A stretch of 62,395 nt of DNA, filler included, from Sphacelaria rigidula (GCA_964200075.2; 8 parts of 8 records of this genome joined end to end with filler, not necessarily neighbours in it), one strand, 5' to 3'. Positions 1 to 12,759 are shown, counted from the whole stretch's first letter. Notes: generated by a model not told the origin, from the letters alone. A program made the numbers and translations.

Positions 1-48
1 CCATCAGAAGGTTACGAGGTTACCAACTGAGCCACCGGGGCGACCGGC
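1..48 (-). mobile_element. 5' head of a tRNA-derived SINE, truncated by the contig edge
   Basis: CAGAAGGTTACGAGGTTACCAACTGAGCCACCGGGGCGACCGGC aligns with the copy at 32047-32090. The minus strand contains an A-box-like TGGCTCAGTTGG. Confidence 0.55.
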
Positions 49-147
49 TATATGATATATGACGCCGTTCATTCGAACAAGAAAGTTGCATCGTAAGCGA
101 CACGGGGTTTGCCAGCGGCGAGCTAGACACATGCCGTGAGTGAGCTA

Positions 148-1355
148 CGAGCTGGGCCAGCCGAAAAGCGAATTTGTAGTTTGCAGGCCCATTCACCGGC
201 CAATATTTAGAGTTGGACCCTGAAATTTGGTATGAACAATGAAGAGGGCATAATTGAAATAATTTCCAGTACACACAAGTCTTTTTTTTTTCATGAGTAA
301 GGGCATTTTATGTATACCTAAAAATTGATCATTGCCCCTAACTCATGGAAAAAAAAAAGAAGCATTGTGTGCACTGTTATTTGTTTTCATTATGCCCTAT
401 TCATTGTCCATACAGAATTTCAGGGTCGAACTCTGAATATTGGCCAGTGAATGGGACGTTGAGTGACGGGGTCAGAAGAAGTCCGGAGCATTATTTTGCA
501 GGTCACTTATCGCCCCACGTTTGGTTTTTGTGTAATGAAATTTTCGTGGGCCCTCGCCAAGGCATATTTGACAAAACAAAGTGAGTCAGGTTCCTTTTTT
601 TTTTTCACTGTTTTCACTGGTTTAGGGCGGTTTAGTATGGAAACGATCATGTTTTTACGAGAACGCCCGAACCTCTCCCCCCCCACAAATGAGGGCCTAT
701 ATTTTTTTCAATTTGTATATCTCTGTGATTCTTTATGCTGAGTTTCAAATCACAATCCTCAAAATTGAGCTAAGCTATTGAGATAATGCCCAGAAGCAGT
801 GTTCATTTCTCCTCAAAACTGCCCTAAAAACGAAAACCCCCCCCAAAAAACAAAGAATTAAAAAGCTGTTTCTTTTTGCGTCATCATGCACCATCGGTTC
901 TCCATGCGAAATTTCGTAGCATAACTCCCAAGAACTGAGACGCGATATCCAGATTTAATTCATCTAGTGCCTCTGCCCGTAATACATTGATTTTTTGTAT
1001 CGAAACTTATTCGCGCCATGTCTCGAGATAGATAACGAGTTAGGTGAAGGTGAGGGTATCTCTCGTCTCCCTGTACTTCACGGAATGTACACACCAAAAA
1101 TCGTCGTCACTCGTTGAATGCATCGATCGGGGGTTTTCATTTAGATATTAGTATGGACGCTATCTCCGTTCGGTATAGGAATTACCAGACATGAGGTTCA
1201 TTCAATGACAAAATATTGGCTCAGACTTTTGAGCAGGTGGGTATCTTCCGCTTGGTTATGCAATTTATACGATATGAGGATCATGGCCCAACTCGTCTGT
1301 GTCGACGAGATATTGCGTTGAGAGCTGAAATCCCTTTCTAGGCTGGCCCAGCTCG
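148..1355. mobile_element. Non-autonomous TIR DNA transposon, Tc1/mariner-like (TA target duplication)
   Basis: Perfect 15-bp TIRs CGAGCTGGGCCAGCC (148-162) and GGCTGGCCCAGCTCG (1341-1355), flanked by TA on both sides. Internal ~270-bp imperfect hairpin at ~188-456. A related copy lies inverted at 23438-24113. Confidence 0.75.
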
Positions 1356-2207
1356 TAAGAGCATTTGTTTCCGTGGTGAGCTACCAGGAGTAGCTCATCC
1401 ACTCATGTTTTCCCTCGTGGAAAACATAGCAAATCTTTCGGAGGAAGCCCAATCCGCCAAGGTCCGTATTCCGCCCTGAATCCGCGATGAGAGGCTCAAA
1501 AAGGACAGTTCCCAGAAAGTCCGTTTTCAGACTATGAGAAGCGGCCACAAACGGTGGTGTTTCTGTCCGCCCTACTTCCCTCCAAATATTTCGTTCTTGA
1601 TCCAAGGTGCGCAGACGGTCTCTCCACAGAGATCCGCACCGCGTTTCCAAGCCTTGTCCCTACGTACTTGAGCAAGAATATTGTTGCGATCCGTCCCCGC
1701 CCTTGTTTTCCCACCCCACCCTACCTTTGAACAGACTTAACCCCACGTCGAAATCTATTTGCTATAGTGCGTCTAACACTATATTCGTGAGATTCAGAGT
1801 GTAACATCGGATTCAGAGTGAGACCCGAAACAATTGACTTTCCCGTCGATTTTGACATCGCCACAAGTCGAGAGTAATGAGAGTAATGCGCCCAGCTGGT
1901 GAAGCTGTGTCTTCAATGAAAGCTGTCACCCACACGATCAATTTGACACATCACTTTATCGCAACGACGTAGTCAGTCCATTGCAACAAAAGATCCCCTC
2001 TTTCAGGAAAAATCGATCAATGCCTGAAACAGTTTCAGTTCCGAAATGCCCCCCCCAGGCGTAAAAATGCTTTGTGCGAGCGATATCTCAGATAATTCGA
2101 AAAACTATTTTGATCCATTGCCGCACCTCACACGCAAACCTTGCCTCCCGCCCTTCTACCCTCGCAAACAGCTGCCGTCTGCCGATTACGCCCCAGATTC
2201 CCCCCGC

Positions 2208-3805
2208 ATGGGGAGCTATCCTCCTATCTCGCCTTCCACCATACATCCCGGGCAGGGGGTGGCGCCGCCTTCACCCACCGGCAGCGCTCTCGGGATGTTG
2301 AGGAGAGCAGAGCTTGCGGCGCACGTGGGCAACGGTACTTCCATCGTAGAAGCGAGGCGGAGACAAGATCAAGGTTCTGCTGCAGCTGCTGCAGCTGCTG
2401 CCGCGGATGCTGCCGCCGCTGCTGCCGCTGCCGCTGCTTCCTCTGTTGAGGTAAGGTTGTAGTCTTGTATTCGTGCACGGGGGGGAAAAGGGGCGGGGGG
2501 AGGGGGGCGCCCTTATTCCATAGGGGAGGGGGCAGAAGTGGGTGCTCGTGCACGTATATGGTGGCGGTCATCTTTTCATATGCGAAATGTTTTGGGGATC
2601 TTCGTGAAGGCAGACTTGGTTGGCACAAGCTTAGTTTTGTGCGTGTGTATTTGGTCCTTGCTGTGTTGTCTTTTGATTTGTTGTCTCACGTACGTTTTCT
2701 CCTACCTCTCTCTTGCCTGTCTTTGTATTTGTCTGTATCTGTCTGTATCTGTCTCTCTGCTTAGTTTCTGTCTTGAAGTACGATTTGAGCCTTGCCATCG
2801 CAAAGGAGCGAGTCCCTCTCTGTGTTCTTTCCGTTATGGTTTTCCTGTTCAGTGTGACTATTTGCCTTTTTAGTGCAGTACCGTAGTCAAACCCAGAAAT
2901 ACGTTATTTCGTAAACTGCCTGTTATACCATACTGAACCATGCCATTGTTCGTGCTCCTCGATTTCGACTTCTCGCTTGATTCGGGAAGGTGAACATGCT
3001 CAATGCTGTTACGACAGGCGGCGGTTTCGGCGGAGGAAGTGGGAAACGCTCGGCTACGGCAGCAGCCACCCAAAACGCCAGGATTACATCCTCTCGACGA
3101 CGAGATGTCCCTACCCCGCAGTCACCCGAAGCAAGATCCGACGGCCACGAGGTCTCCACAGCCACGGGTGCCTCGAGTAGGGAGGGGTCTAGGGAATCGG
3201 CGACGACAGGCACCAAGTCCACCGCTAAAAAGGTGAACAAGCTCGTGGTGCCCGATGTCTTCAAAGGAGCATCTCAGTCGGCAAACAAGCCAACGACCGT
3301 TTCCGCGGTGCCCAATCAGGTTGAGCCCGCACAGGTGTCGCCGCGAAGGAGGCAGGCCGCCGTAACGGTGTTGGAGACTGGAGGAGCACGGGGAAAGTCC
3401 GGCTTGTCGCACGTGCCCCGTCAGGAGCGGGAGGGGTTGTCACCGAAGAACTCCAAGAAAGATACGTCACACGGGTCTCCCGGAGACGGAGCGAAACTTG
3501 GCATTCTAAGCGAAGGCAGTGATGACGACCGAGCTTCGCAGATCTCCGCAGCGTTGTCTCGCCATTCGATGGACAGAGCGATGGACGGAGTTGCACGCCC
3601 CGACCGACCAGACGTGAGCGGAGGCCATAACCGTATCCCGCGCGGAAGAACCGTGCCAGTCGATGCCTCGTCCGCACCTCCTCCGGTCGACCTGGCGTCT
3701 GGGGACAGAGCCGGCGGCGGGCGCTGGATTGCGAAGAGTCCACGAAAACCTAGGGTGAGGCGCTCGTTCAACGATCGGTGGCGAGGGACTGGGGGACTGG
3801 TGGGC

Positions 3806-3853
<48 letters not shown>

Positions 3854-6800
3854 GGAGGTGCGGGGGTGGGTGGGGGGTTGGTGGGTGGAAGCATTTGGCA
3901 TAGATTTCACGTCGTTACCTCGTAGTCTTATTGTTGATCTCATGTACAAACAAGCGTCTCGAGACTTGTGATGGGGTGTATTGCAGCAGCGATTTCAGAT
4001 GTCGACATGAAAGCTGCCAACTATGTGATTCAGCAGTTCAGTGCACAACATGTTTGACATCTCTGTTACACAACACACATACACATACACATACACACGC
4101 ATAATTTCTCGCACAATCTCCATCGTGACTTCATCAATGCCCCCCCCCCGAGACTATCGTACCGATATCCCTTATCCTGTAGTCTATATCACACGGCCCT
4201 GTGGGTCCTGTAGGGTATACAGTAGTTGATCACCTACCTTGTTGTGAAATACTCAGTCCCCCTCTGGCTGCACGGGGCTGCCGTACGGGGCTGTCGTGTA
4301 TCACGTCGAGAGCGATTTACAGAGGTCGGTGGTGTCGCGGAGGAAACACAAAGCTGTACTGTTCCGTCATGCTGTACTGTATGTTTCCGCGAGGGAAAAA
4401 ACTGCGCAAATACCACAATATCTGCCGATCGCTCGAGAGATGGATAACAGTGCGCCCCGGAGTAGAAACAAAACGTTCGACGTGATTCCCCCACCGTCCC
4501 GTCTCGTCCTGTCCCGGTTTTGTAGGGGCGGACCCCCCTGTGAGGTTGGCGACGCTTGGCAATGAAGCTGTAAAACACAGTAATCACTGCGTAAGCTAGG
4601 CAACCAGGTTGCCGATTTTTTTCGCGGTAATCATGATGGTACTCGAGCCAGATCTTTTTGTGCGGGATGGGAGAACCTCAACTCCATGCAAAGGAGATCA
4701 TCGTACTGCGTAGTTTTAAAGTGGCGAGACACCCGTGAGGCAGCGCATAAGCCGTAGCCGCCTCTGGAAGTGGCGATGCCAGAAAATAAAGCAACTCATT
4801 GTTGGCTGTCATCCAAATGCAAGATAATCGGTACGCCTCGGGCCGAACAATCTTAGCGGGATGCAGCTTTTTCTTCATGCAACTCGCCGACACCATGGTG
4901 CTTCGCGCTTGGTGATTGAGTGTGAGCTTGGTCCGGCGAAAACCCGGCGTGCTCCGTCCCGGCTTTATACTCGTAGGGACGCGAGGTTAACGGTCATATG
5001 ACTATGGCATGCAGAATCATGAGTACACCCCCGCTATCCCCATTCCCGTCCCCGTCCCGGCTCCGTTTTGTGAAATGGCGAAGGTTCATGGCCATGGCAT
5101 CAATGGCCGTGGTAATTTTGATTCCGCTGCGGCATCAGTCTATCGATTATCAAATGGCAATACTGACAGCAAAAGGAACAGCGCAACCATTTCGGACTTG
5201 TTCGCTGGCTTTGGGGACGCGATTCGCGCGGCCGTGTCTGGTAGTGGGGGGGGGGAATCGTTGGCGCATGACAGCGGGGAGAAGTTGGGTTCTTCCCGTA
5301 GGGTGAGCCGAAATCGTGTGTGTGTGTGTGTGTGTGTGTTTGTGTCATACTTTATGTGTCGTGTTCAGTGCATTCGATTAATGACCCTGAGATGACTATG
5401 CCACTTTTTCAAGGGCAAGTCGAGTAGAGTATACTCAATTGCGGTGTATTTTGAAAGACGTACTCGAGGGTTTCAAATTAGGGTGGAGTGTTAAAAGTCG
5501 TACCCAAAAAATAATTGGAAAGCGATCCCCTGTTTGTGTACCTCAAGAACGACTTTCAAAATAGACCGCAATTGAGTATACTCTACTCGACCTGCCCTTG
5601 CACTCTTTCACTCCTGCATGTTGATAGTGTGTCGCTATCAGTGTGTCTGTCTCGTTCTCCAGCTGTTTCTCTGTTTTGTGATGCATACAGTGCTGTACGA
5701 CTAAGTCTCAGCTTGCAGCAGTATACAGTTGTTCGCTCAGCATGGAACACGACATGGACTTTTTCTTGGTTGAATTTCTGTCTCGTGATGGTGAGATCGT
5801 GCTAACATCATCGTGTGCGACAGACACCCCAAACCTGGCGAAGTTCGGTGTCTCGTCGGGACACAAGGCACCTCATAATCACCTCGCCTGGGTGCCTTCA
5901 AGACCATCGAGGTTTGGTCTTGGTTTGTCCTTCTACGTCGTCATTTTCAGCACGAAGAATAATACATTTATTGTCTATCTCTCTTCTTGTGTTTGTCTAC
6001 CTACCTCTCTGCCTCTCTGTCTCTCTGTCTCTCTGTCTCTCTGTCTCCGTTGCAATATACCATGCCATTTTTCCAGCGCCGACTGCACTACCTGTACGAT
6101 GTGTGTGTTGTGTTGTCGTCCCATTTATTCTGGACGACGGTCTACACCTTTCGGTATATGTGGGCGCACCAGCCGGGGTCACACAGGAGGAAGGCCAACA
6201 AAGGAGTATTTTCTCTTTTTGTTTGCTTTAGTTCTCCACCTTCCTTCCGTGGTGCTCGCCTTTATTTTCTCTATAAATATTGTAAGAAAAACAACTGTAC
6301 AAATAACTACGGAAAATGCGTGGGTCTCACCGCTTGCGTTTGTAAGACAGCAGCAATGAAGCCTTTCGTCACCGTTATGTAGTCAATCTCACCGAGGTCA
6401 CCTCCTCCCCCCTTCCCCGTCGCTCCGCCCCCATCATGAAGCACAAGCACAGATCCCAAGCAGAGCCGCCGATCAGCCCGGAAGGGTTCGTGCACGGCGC
6501 AGAACAACACCGTAGAAGCGGGAGTGTGAACTCGGACAAAAATACGGACATTAGGCATCGGCCTACAGGCTCAAGAGGATCACGAGTGTCCGTAACCTCT
6601 GACAAAGATACGGATATCGGTCGTCAGCGTGCAGGCTCGAAGGAATTGCAGGCCTCTGTGGCCCCCGTGAAAGACATCAGCAATGATCATAGGCCTACAG
6701 GCATGAGGGAATTACAAGTCTTCACGAACTCGGACAAGGATCTGGGCAGGGACCATCGGCGTACAGGCTCCAGAGGATCACAAGTGTCCGTAACCTCGGA

Positions 6801-7019
6801 CAAGGACATGGACAGGGGCCATCGACGTACAGGCTCCAGAGGATCACAATCCTCCGTAACCTCGGACAAAGATCCGGAGAGGAGTCATAAGCGTTCAAGG
6901 TCGAAGGGATCGCGAGGATCCAATGGGTGGTCGCCCTCGGCGCGCCTTGGGCAACTGGTTAAGGGCACCACGAAGTCCACCCGCGATATAGCCGAAGATG
7001 GTCCTCAAGGACGGGATAC
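2208..7019 (+). CDS. Spliced gene, 3'-partial: low-complexity Ser/Arg/Gly-rich protein of unknown function with poly-Ala and a 22-aa tandem repeat
   Basis: Phase-compatible GT-AG exons 2208 (or 2046)-2450, 2990-3754, 5084-5302 and ~6442-7019, plus a possible micro-exon at 6173-6205. No domain recognised; start codon uncertain. Confidence 0.6.
4891..5026 (+). repeat. ~135-bp dispersed repeat, acceptor-proximal family, copy A
   Basis: Homologous to 22874-23006 (minus), to three tandem copies at 45711-46160 and to a fragment at 38931-38961. Confidence 0.8.
5410..5600. mobile_element. hAT-like MITE (hairpin)
   Basis: ~60-bp inverted arms CAAGGGCAAGTCGAGTAGAGTATACTCAATTGCGG... / ...CCGCAATTGAGTATACTCTACTCGACCTGCCCTTG. 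8-bp flanks CACTTTTT / CACTCTTT (7/8 match) fit a target duplication. Confidence 0.8.
6532..6920 (+). repeat. Coding 66-bp (22-aa) tandem repeat, about 6 copies
   Basis: Units resemble SDKDxxRxHRRTGSRGSQVSVT within ORF 6436-7023. Confidence 0.85.
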
Positions 7020-7134
7020 GTGAGTTTTTCGGTTGTGAGCTGGCATAGCGGCTGTTTTGATGGCGTGTTTCGTTATTTATGTGATCCATCGTGGGGGGGG
7101 GCATGTTCGATGTTTGGGTGAGTGTGGGTATTTT

Positions 7135-7359
7135 CAGGACTCTTTACGGTATGCGTCACACGTACGTTACACGTCACAAACGTTACGTCACGAGGGTGTG
7201 ACGAGACGCAACGTGACGTACCGATAAAACAAATGTGACGTGACCTCACGTATAATTTTTAAGGCGTCACAAAGTGTGACGTGACATAACGTATAATTTT
7301 TCATACGTCACATTTGTGACGTAACGTGTAACGTGTAACGTGTAACGCGAAGAGCCCTG
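7135..7359. mobile_element. hAT-like MITE rich in GTGACGT/ACGTCAC subterminal motifs
   Basis: TIRs CAGGACTCTT / AAGAGCCCTG. 8-bp flanks GGTATTTT / GGTATGTT (7/8 match). Confidence 0.75.
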
Positions 7360-7713
7360 GGTATGTTGGCTCCTCGATTAGTTAATTGATCGTTGTACAT
7401 TAACTGAACCCCGGTCGATCCAGGCATGGTCATTGCACACAAGATGAGCGTGTATCAGGGTAGAGAGAACGGAAGTACTCTGGAAAGGGAGGATACGAAA
7501 AAGGGAAAATAGAACAAGCTGAAGAAAGTGGAACAAGAAAAACGAGAGACGAAAAGTAAACAGGGAAAGATAAATAGTAGCAGGGGAAAAGACACTTTCT
7601 ACGATAGCCCCCCCCCCCCCCAAAAGTGCATGGTTTTGGGAGGCAAAATCTCCACGTAAATCGAAATGGGAAAAACCGAGCACAGCGAGAAGCTGGGGAT
7701 TCCCACGCTTGGG

Positions 7714-7813
7714 NNNNNNNNNNNNNNNNNNNNNNNNNNNNNNNNNNNNNNNNNNNNTTAATTAATTAANNNNNNNNNNNNNNNNNNNNNNNNNNNNNNN
7801 NNNNNNNNNNNNN
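7714..7813. other. Artificial contig spacer
   Basis: N44-TTAATTAATTAA-N44; the core gives stop codons in all six frames. Confidence 0.98.
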
Positions 7814-8309
7814 TGCATATCTATAGTTTCCCCCCCCCCCCCCCCCGCCCCCCCCACCGGTGAAATTTGTGTTTGAAAAAATGTTGGGCTTGATTTAGCC
7901 TTTCATTAACGTGCCACTCCTTCCAGCATGCATACACCATTTACCCGGTGCGCATACTTTATGCTGCATATATACTTCTTCCGGTAGTCATTAAATATAT
8001 TTCATCTTCTTCCTCACCATCCAACCCCGTAAACGATTTGGCCGGTAGTTCGAATACGTGTGCCATACCGGGGCTATCAGTGAAACAACTTGCCGAGACT
8101 ACGAAAGAGGCAGAATGGCCGGGAAAACAGTAAGTGGGTACACGTCCTGTCCCCCTGTACTACGTCCAGGAACGTATATCAAAACATAAGATTTCAACAA
8201 CAACAGCTGAGCCTCGAACGTGTTTTCAAACAAGATCCAGTAGATGCGACACTCGCTACCCATGTCACCCCCGGTAAATCGGATCTCCTCTCTCCATCGG
8301 CAGCTACTT

Positions 8310-11300
8310 TTATTCCCCGGTGGCAATCCTTGCGGCCTCCTCTTCCCCCAGCATCGGTAACGGCACGTAGGGTATCAAGGCCTCTTCCCTCCCCTGCAGA
8401 GCAGCGGTGCAGTTCGGATCAAGCTCCAACGCCGCATCGTAGTCGATGACAGCCAGCTTCCACCGTCGCATGCACGAGTAAATCCTGCCCCGCAGAGAAA
8501 GCGCCTGCGCGGTCTGGCCAATGGCGATTGCGCTCCCGAGGTCATCCAACGCCTTTTCCCAGTTCTGGTTATGTAATTCCCCAGTATATAGCACCCATTG
8601 CCATCAATGCGGACACCAGCGGTTGATTATAGTAAACACAACAAGTGGGGAGCTCACTTCAAGGCGGTATAATGCAAGAGAAAAATGACTGCCTTCAAAT
8701 TAGGACTATATCTTGAAGTGGAGCGGGCCTTACCTCCCGGAGTAGTACGGGTGCAAGCTGATACCCACCGATTTAGGTAGGGCCCCGCCTTTGAAAATGC
8801 CGCATTAACGTGGAGGCATCAATCACTGTAAGTGGTTGATGCATAAGAGAGTGGGTAAGAGAGCGGGTAATACACGGCATGTCCCGCAGAGTATCCCCCT
8901 CCTGCTCCCCCCCCCTCGTCGTCACTGAGCGCCAAAAACGTACTGCCGCACTTCTGTTCGTATGTGTTGCTTGCGGCCATACTCTCCTTTTTCTGCTCTA
9001 TAATGTGTCCCACACTTCCCGGAGAGGCCTTGCAGGCAGGTCGGTAGGCAAAGTTTGGTACGACGCGATACGGTGGGAATATCCTCCTGCACTGGGCGCT
9101 GAAAAATATGGTGTGAGAAGAAACACCGGATACTGCACCATTGGGGTCAGCAAAAACAGTCGGTACATGGTGAGATTTCACGCACGTGGCACTCTCGTCA
9201 CGGCAATGTCAGGTGAACTATGCTACACATAGTATTTTCTATGCTACCCTCGTAGGTGTTTTTGTATCACTCGCAGAAGATCCTAACCGTAACGCTCACG
9301 CATCGTTTGCAGTAGTACCTGAGTAGTACCTGAGCGCAGCAGTATGCACAGGCTCGCCGCACGTAATCTTCCGTCGCTGGAGCCTCCGCCCGATTGATGA
9401 CCATGCCGAAGTCATACACAGCCCCGCCGTAGTTGTCCGTCTTTTGTGGATCGTTGCGGTTTGTGCCATGGGTCGGAAAGGATAGAATACACAGACAGAT
9501 GTGCAAAGAGGAGCGAGAAAAGAGCGGTGGGGATGGCGCGGGGGTCACTGTTCGACACGTGAGATAGAGGGTGGCTGGTTCCTCACCACTGAGTAAGAGG
9601 GGCGGAGTTGTATCTCCGGATGCAAAAACGAACAGCGGAGGCAGGTGGTCTCATCTTTTTGTTTCGAATGCCGCATATTTCCCCTATGATCCAACCAGCG
9701 ATTCACCTCGAAACAGTAAGGTGTTGATATCATAATGAAAAACCTTTGTGGGCTGTCAGGAGAGTTGAACCCCCCACCTAACTCGCCATTTTTTACTCCC
9801 ACTTGCCCATCACCGTCGGTGCACTGGGTCCAAAATTTTGATGAACCCATATTTCTCCACAGCAACGTCTTTCGTACATTTCTGCTGAAATCGAGACGGG
9901 GGATCGCATGGTGATTATTACCAGGGCCAAAACCATGGAAGGCAAGGCCGTCATCTATGCAGTCAGAGCTTTACGAAGAGGCGGTATTCCTCAGAGTCGA
10001 GGTGTGTTGATGGCGGCGTGTGGCAATCGATGAAACAAGGTAATAGGGTCGTTTCAGAGTCATGCCTACCGTACACACCAGCTGCGCGCATCATCCAATC
10101 CAGATCGCCGCGAGAATCAAGACTCTCGGCAATACGGGATACCGATCGCACAGGTCTCACATGTATCAAAGCATTTCCGCGTAGAAGATATCCCTCCCGC
10201 TGCGCCGTTGGTTGGTCATGAGGATGTTGTTTAAACGCAAGACGGAGTTGACTAGCGAAAAACGGAGGAGAGAAAAAATAGCAAGACTCAGTACACGTTT
10301 ACATAACGTATCATGCTTGCAAATTCAACCGAAAAGTGGCATGTGGCATACAACACGGTACTCACGAAAAACGCGGGAAACAGCAGAACGCTAACCCCTC
10401 GGCGGCAGCGAACGGTAGATTTGCGGACAAGTAGTCTGGGCAAGGACGTGGTGTAGCTCGAGGCAACGTGGCTACCAGTGTCTATCCCGCCCCGTCAAAT
10501 CCTCACCGTGAATCCCCTTTCAGTTATGTTCGATATTGGAATGGAAACTGTGCCAAGGTGTCAGGCACTTGCACCAGCCTCAGCCTGACGGAATGCAAGA
10601 ACGGCTCGACATACTTGTTCGAGTCGCTTGAATTGGATCCTCCGCAGGTCGGAGGAGACACTTCAGTACGTACAAACCGCTACCGTTTTCAGCAAAAAGG
10701 GCATGCGTAGTTACCATCACATCTCTTATCGCCCATGGGCTGCGCGATAAAATGTTCTTCATGTCGTATGGCCTAGGCCCTGCAATTGGCGGCGTACGCC
10801 CTGCTTGCTCTATCAGTATTTATGAGATGTCTCACATCGCTCGGATCCATTCGTATTCCGGCAGAAAGATCTCGAGAAGCATCATCCCATCGTCTCATGC
10901 TGGCGCGTATCCTGCATGATGCAGTCACTGGCGATGCTCGTGGCTTGTGGCGCGTCACCACTGTTCTTAGTGCGACTGTCCGAACTTTAGAGGTCTAACC
11001 CAAGCAAAGCGTGACCACCAAAAAAGCTAACGCAGGTGTATCCGTCATCTTACCCCATTTATTGGTACTCCGAGTGGAAATGAGCAATGACAGGCAGTCT
11101 ACTAGCTAAAATTGTACGTGACAATGCATCGCAACCCTCTTCAACACAGGTGGACTGATCAACAGGAGGGTACACGCAGGATCGATGTAAACTGTAGCCG
11201 ATTTATGCTTACTGTTTCCGCCGATGACGTGCACGCCGCACGTTGTAATACGGGTATGGAGAACTCGAATAAGGGGGTACAACAAGCGAATCCGAAACGA

Positions 11301-12703
11301 AGCTTCGACTTGCGATTGCAGACCTTACCGCAGCACTTATCAGTTGCCGCTGTCCATGTCGCAATGGCCTCGTAAACGAACTCTACTCGATCTGATCACT
11401 CGTCTTTTTGCGATGTTTTTCGTGCCCTCCAGGATCTCCGCCCGCCCCCTCGCCCCCTATCTACCGTGCTTTTCACTGTAGTAGGGAATCAGTCTACTTG
11501 GTACCCTTGCCTTGCTCGCGTCTTGAGGGCTGCAAGATCTTCTGGCGTTTCTCGAATGCAAACAGACAGGTCCCTCAGTGCATCGGGTACGTTTCCCTCT
11601 TGATATCGCAGCCGGCCTCTCATGGAATACGATGGCCAGTGTCTCGAATCTTGCTCCTCGATAGACTACACACAATTGCCATTTTTATCGCAGCGTTCAC
11701 ACGGCGGAAAACAATTCGCACAACAAATAGATTGCCTTAAACCCGAGTGTCCTCCTTAAACATTCTGCTGCTAAACTTGCCATCTGCTGAGACATTTTCA
11801 GGTTTGGGAGCGTACAGAGATTTTGCTGACGGAAACGGAAATAATGAAGCTCTCAAGGCAGCACCAGTGGAGTCCTCTCACGAGCAAGGTTTACATAAAT
11901 CCCCGCGCTGGCCGCCGATAGTCCGTGCCGAGATCGTACACTGGTGTAGCTTCCTATCTCCGACATAAATTGGCCCTTTTGTTTACACTTTCTTTCGTTC
12001 GGACAGTTATGGCCTTGGAGCTTACGCACACCGGATGCCGCCCCACACCTCCGTCAGATAGCGCATGGCATCGCTGATGTGGCCACCGCGGACTGCCTCC
12101 TCGGCCATGGCGTACAGCCGCCGAGATGCCAGCACCGGTGCTCTGATTTTTCGGGCTCGCTCAGCCTTTCGTCGATCCAAGCATCCACTGGCAATTCATG
12201 AGGAACGCAGAGACACAAGTGAAGGGCGAAGAGACAAGATGCTTCAAAGGGATACCCTGTTCTTCGTGACAAAACGCAGGTTTCGGGTGTGCTTGGAACG
12301 CACCGCTGTTTATGCCCCAGACAGAAAATGTATCTACGGCATGTTGATCACGTGGTAATTTTACCCATGGGGAACAACGTGAGATACAAGAGTGTAAGAT
12401 CCAGGATACTGTTCCGAGACCGTTGGGAGAAAATGCGGCAGCTTAGCCGATGCGAAACGGTACTGTACAGATTGATCTTTGGAACGTTCTTCCAGGTGTT
12501 TTTCTCTTTCCCTTCTCAAATTGACAAGGGACGAACGTAGAATTCCCTTGTGTTGTACTGTACGCTTCAGCCAGATAGAAAGTATGGATAGTTGTCATGA
12601 GGTGTGCTTTGCGTTCTCGATTGGAACAAATGAGGGACATTTGTCATAGCTTACGGAGGAGCTGATGGAGGTGCACGCCCGCACCCCTCGCACCTCTGGG
12701 ATC

Positions 12704-12759
<56 letters not shown>

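Noticed and set aside
3755-3925. Poly-Gly/poly-Pro ORFs here and at 23248-23276 and 45504-45710
   Set aside because: They are translations of G/C homopolymers of unreliable length in introns or at contig ends.
7758-7769. TTAATTAATTAA palindrome recurring every ~7.8 kb
   Set aside because: It is embedded in N runs and is an assembly linker, not biology.
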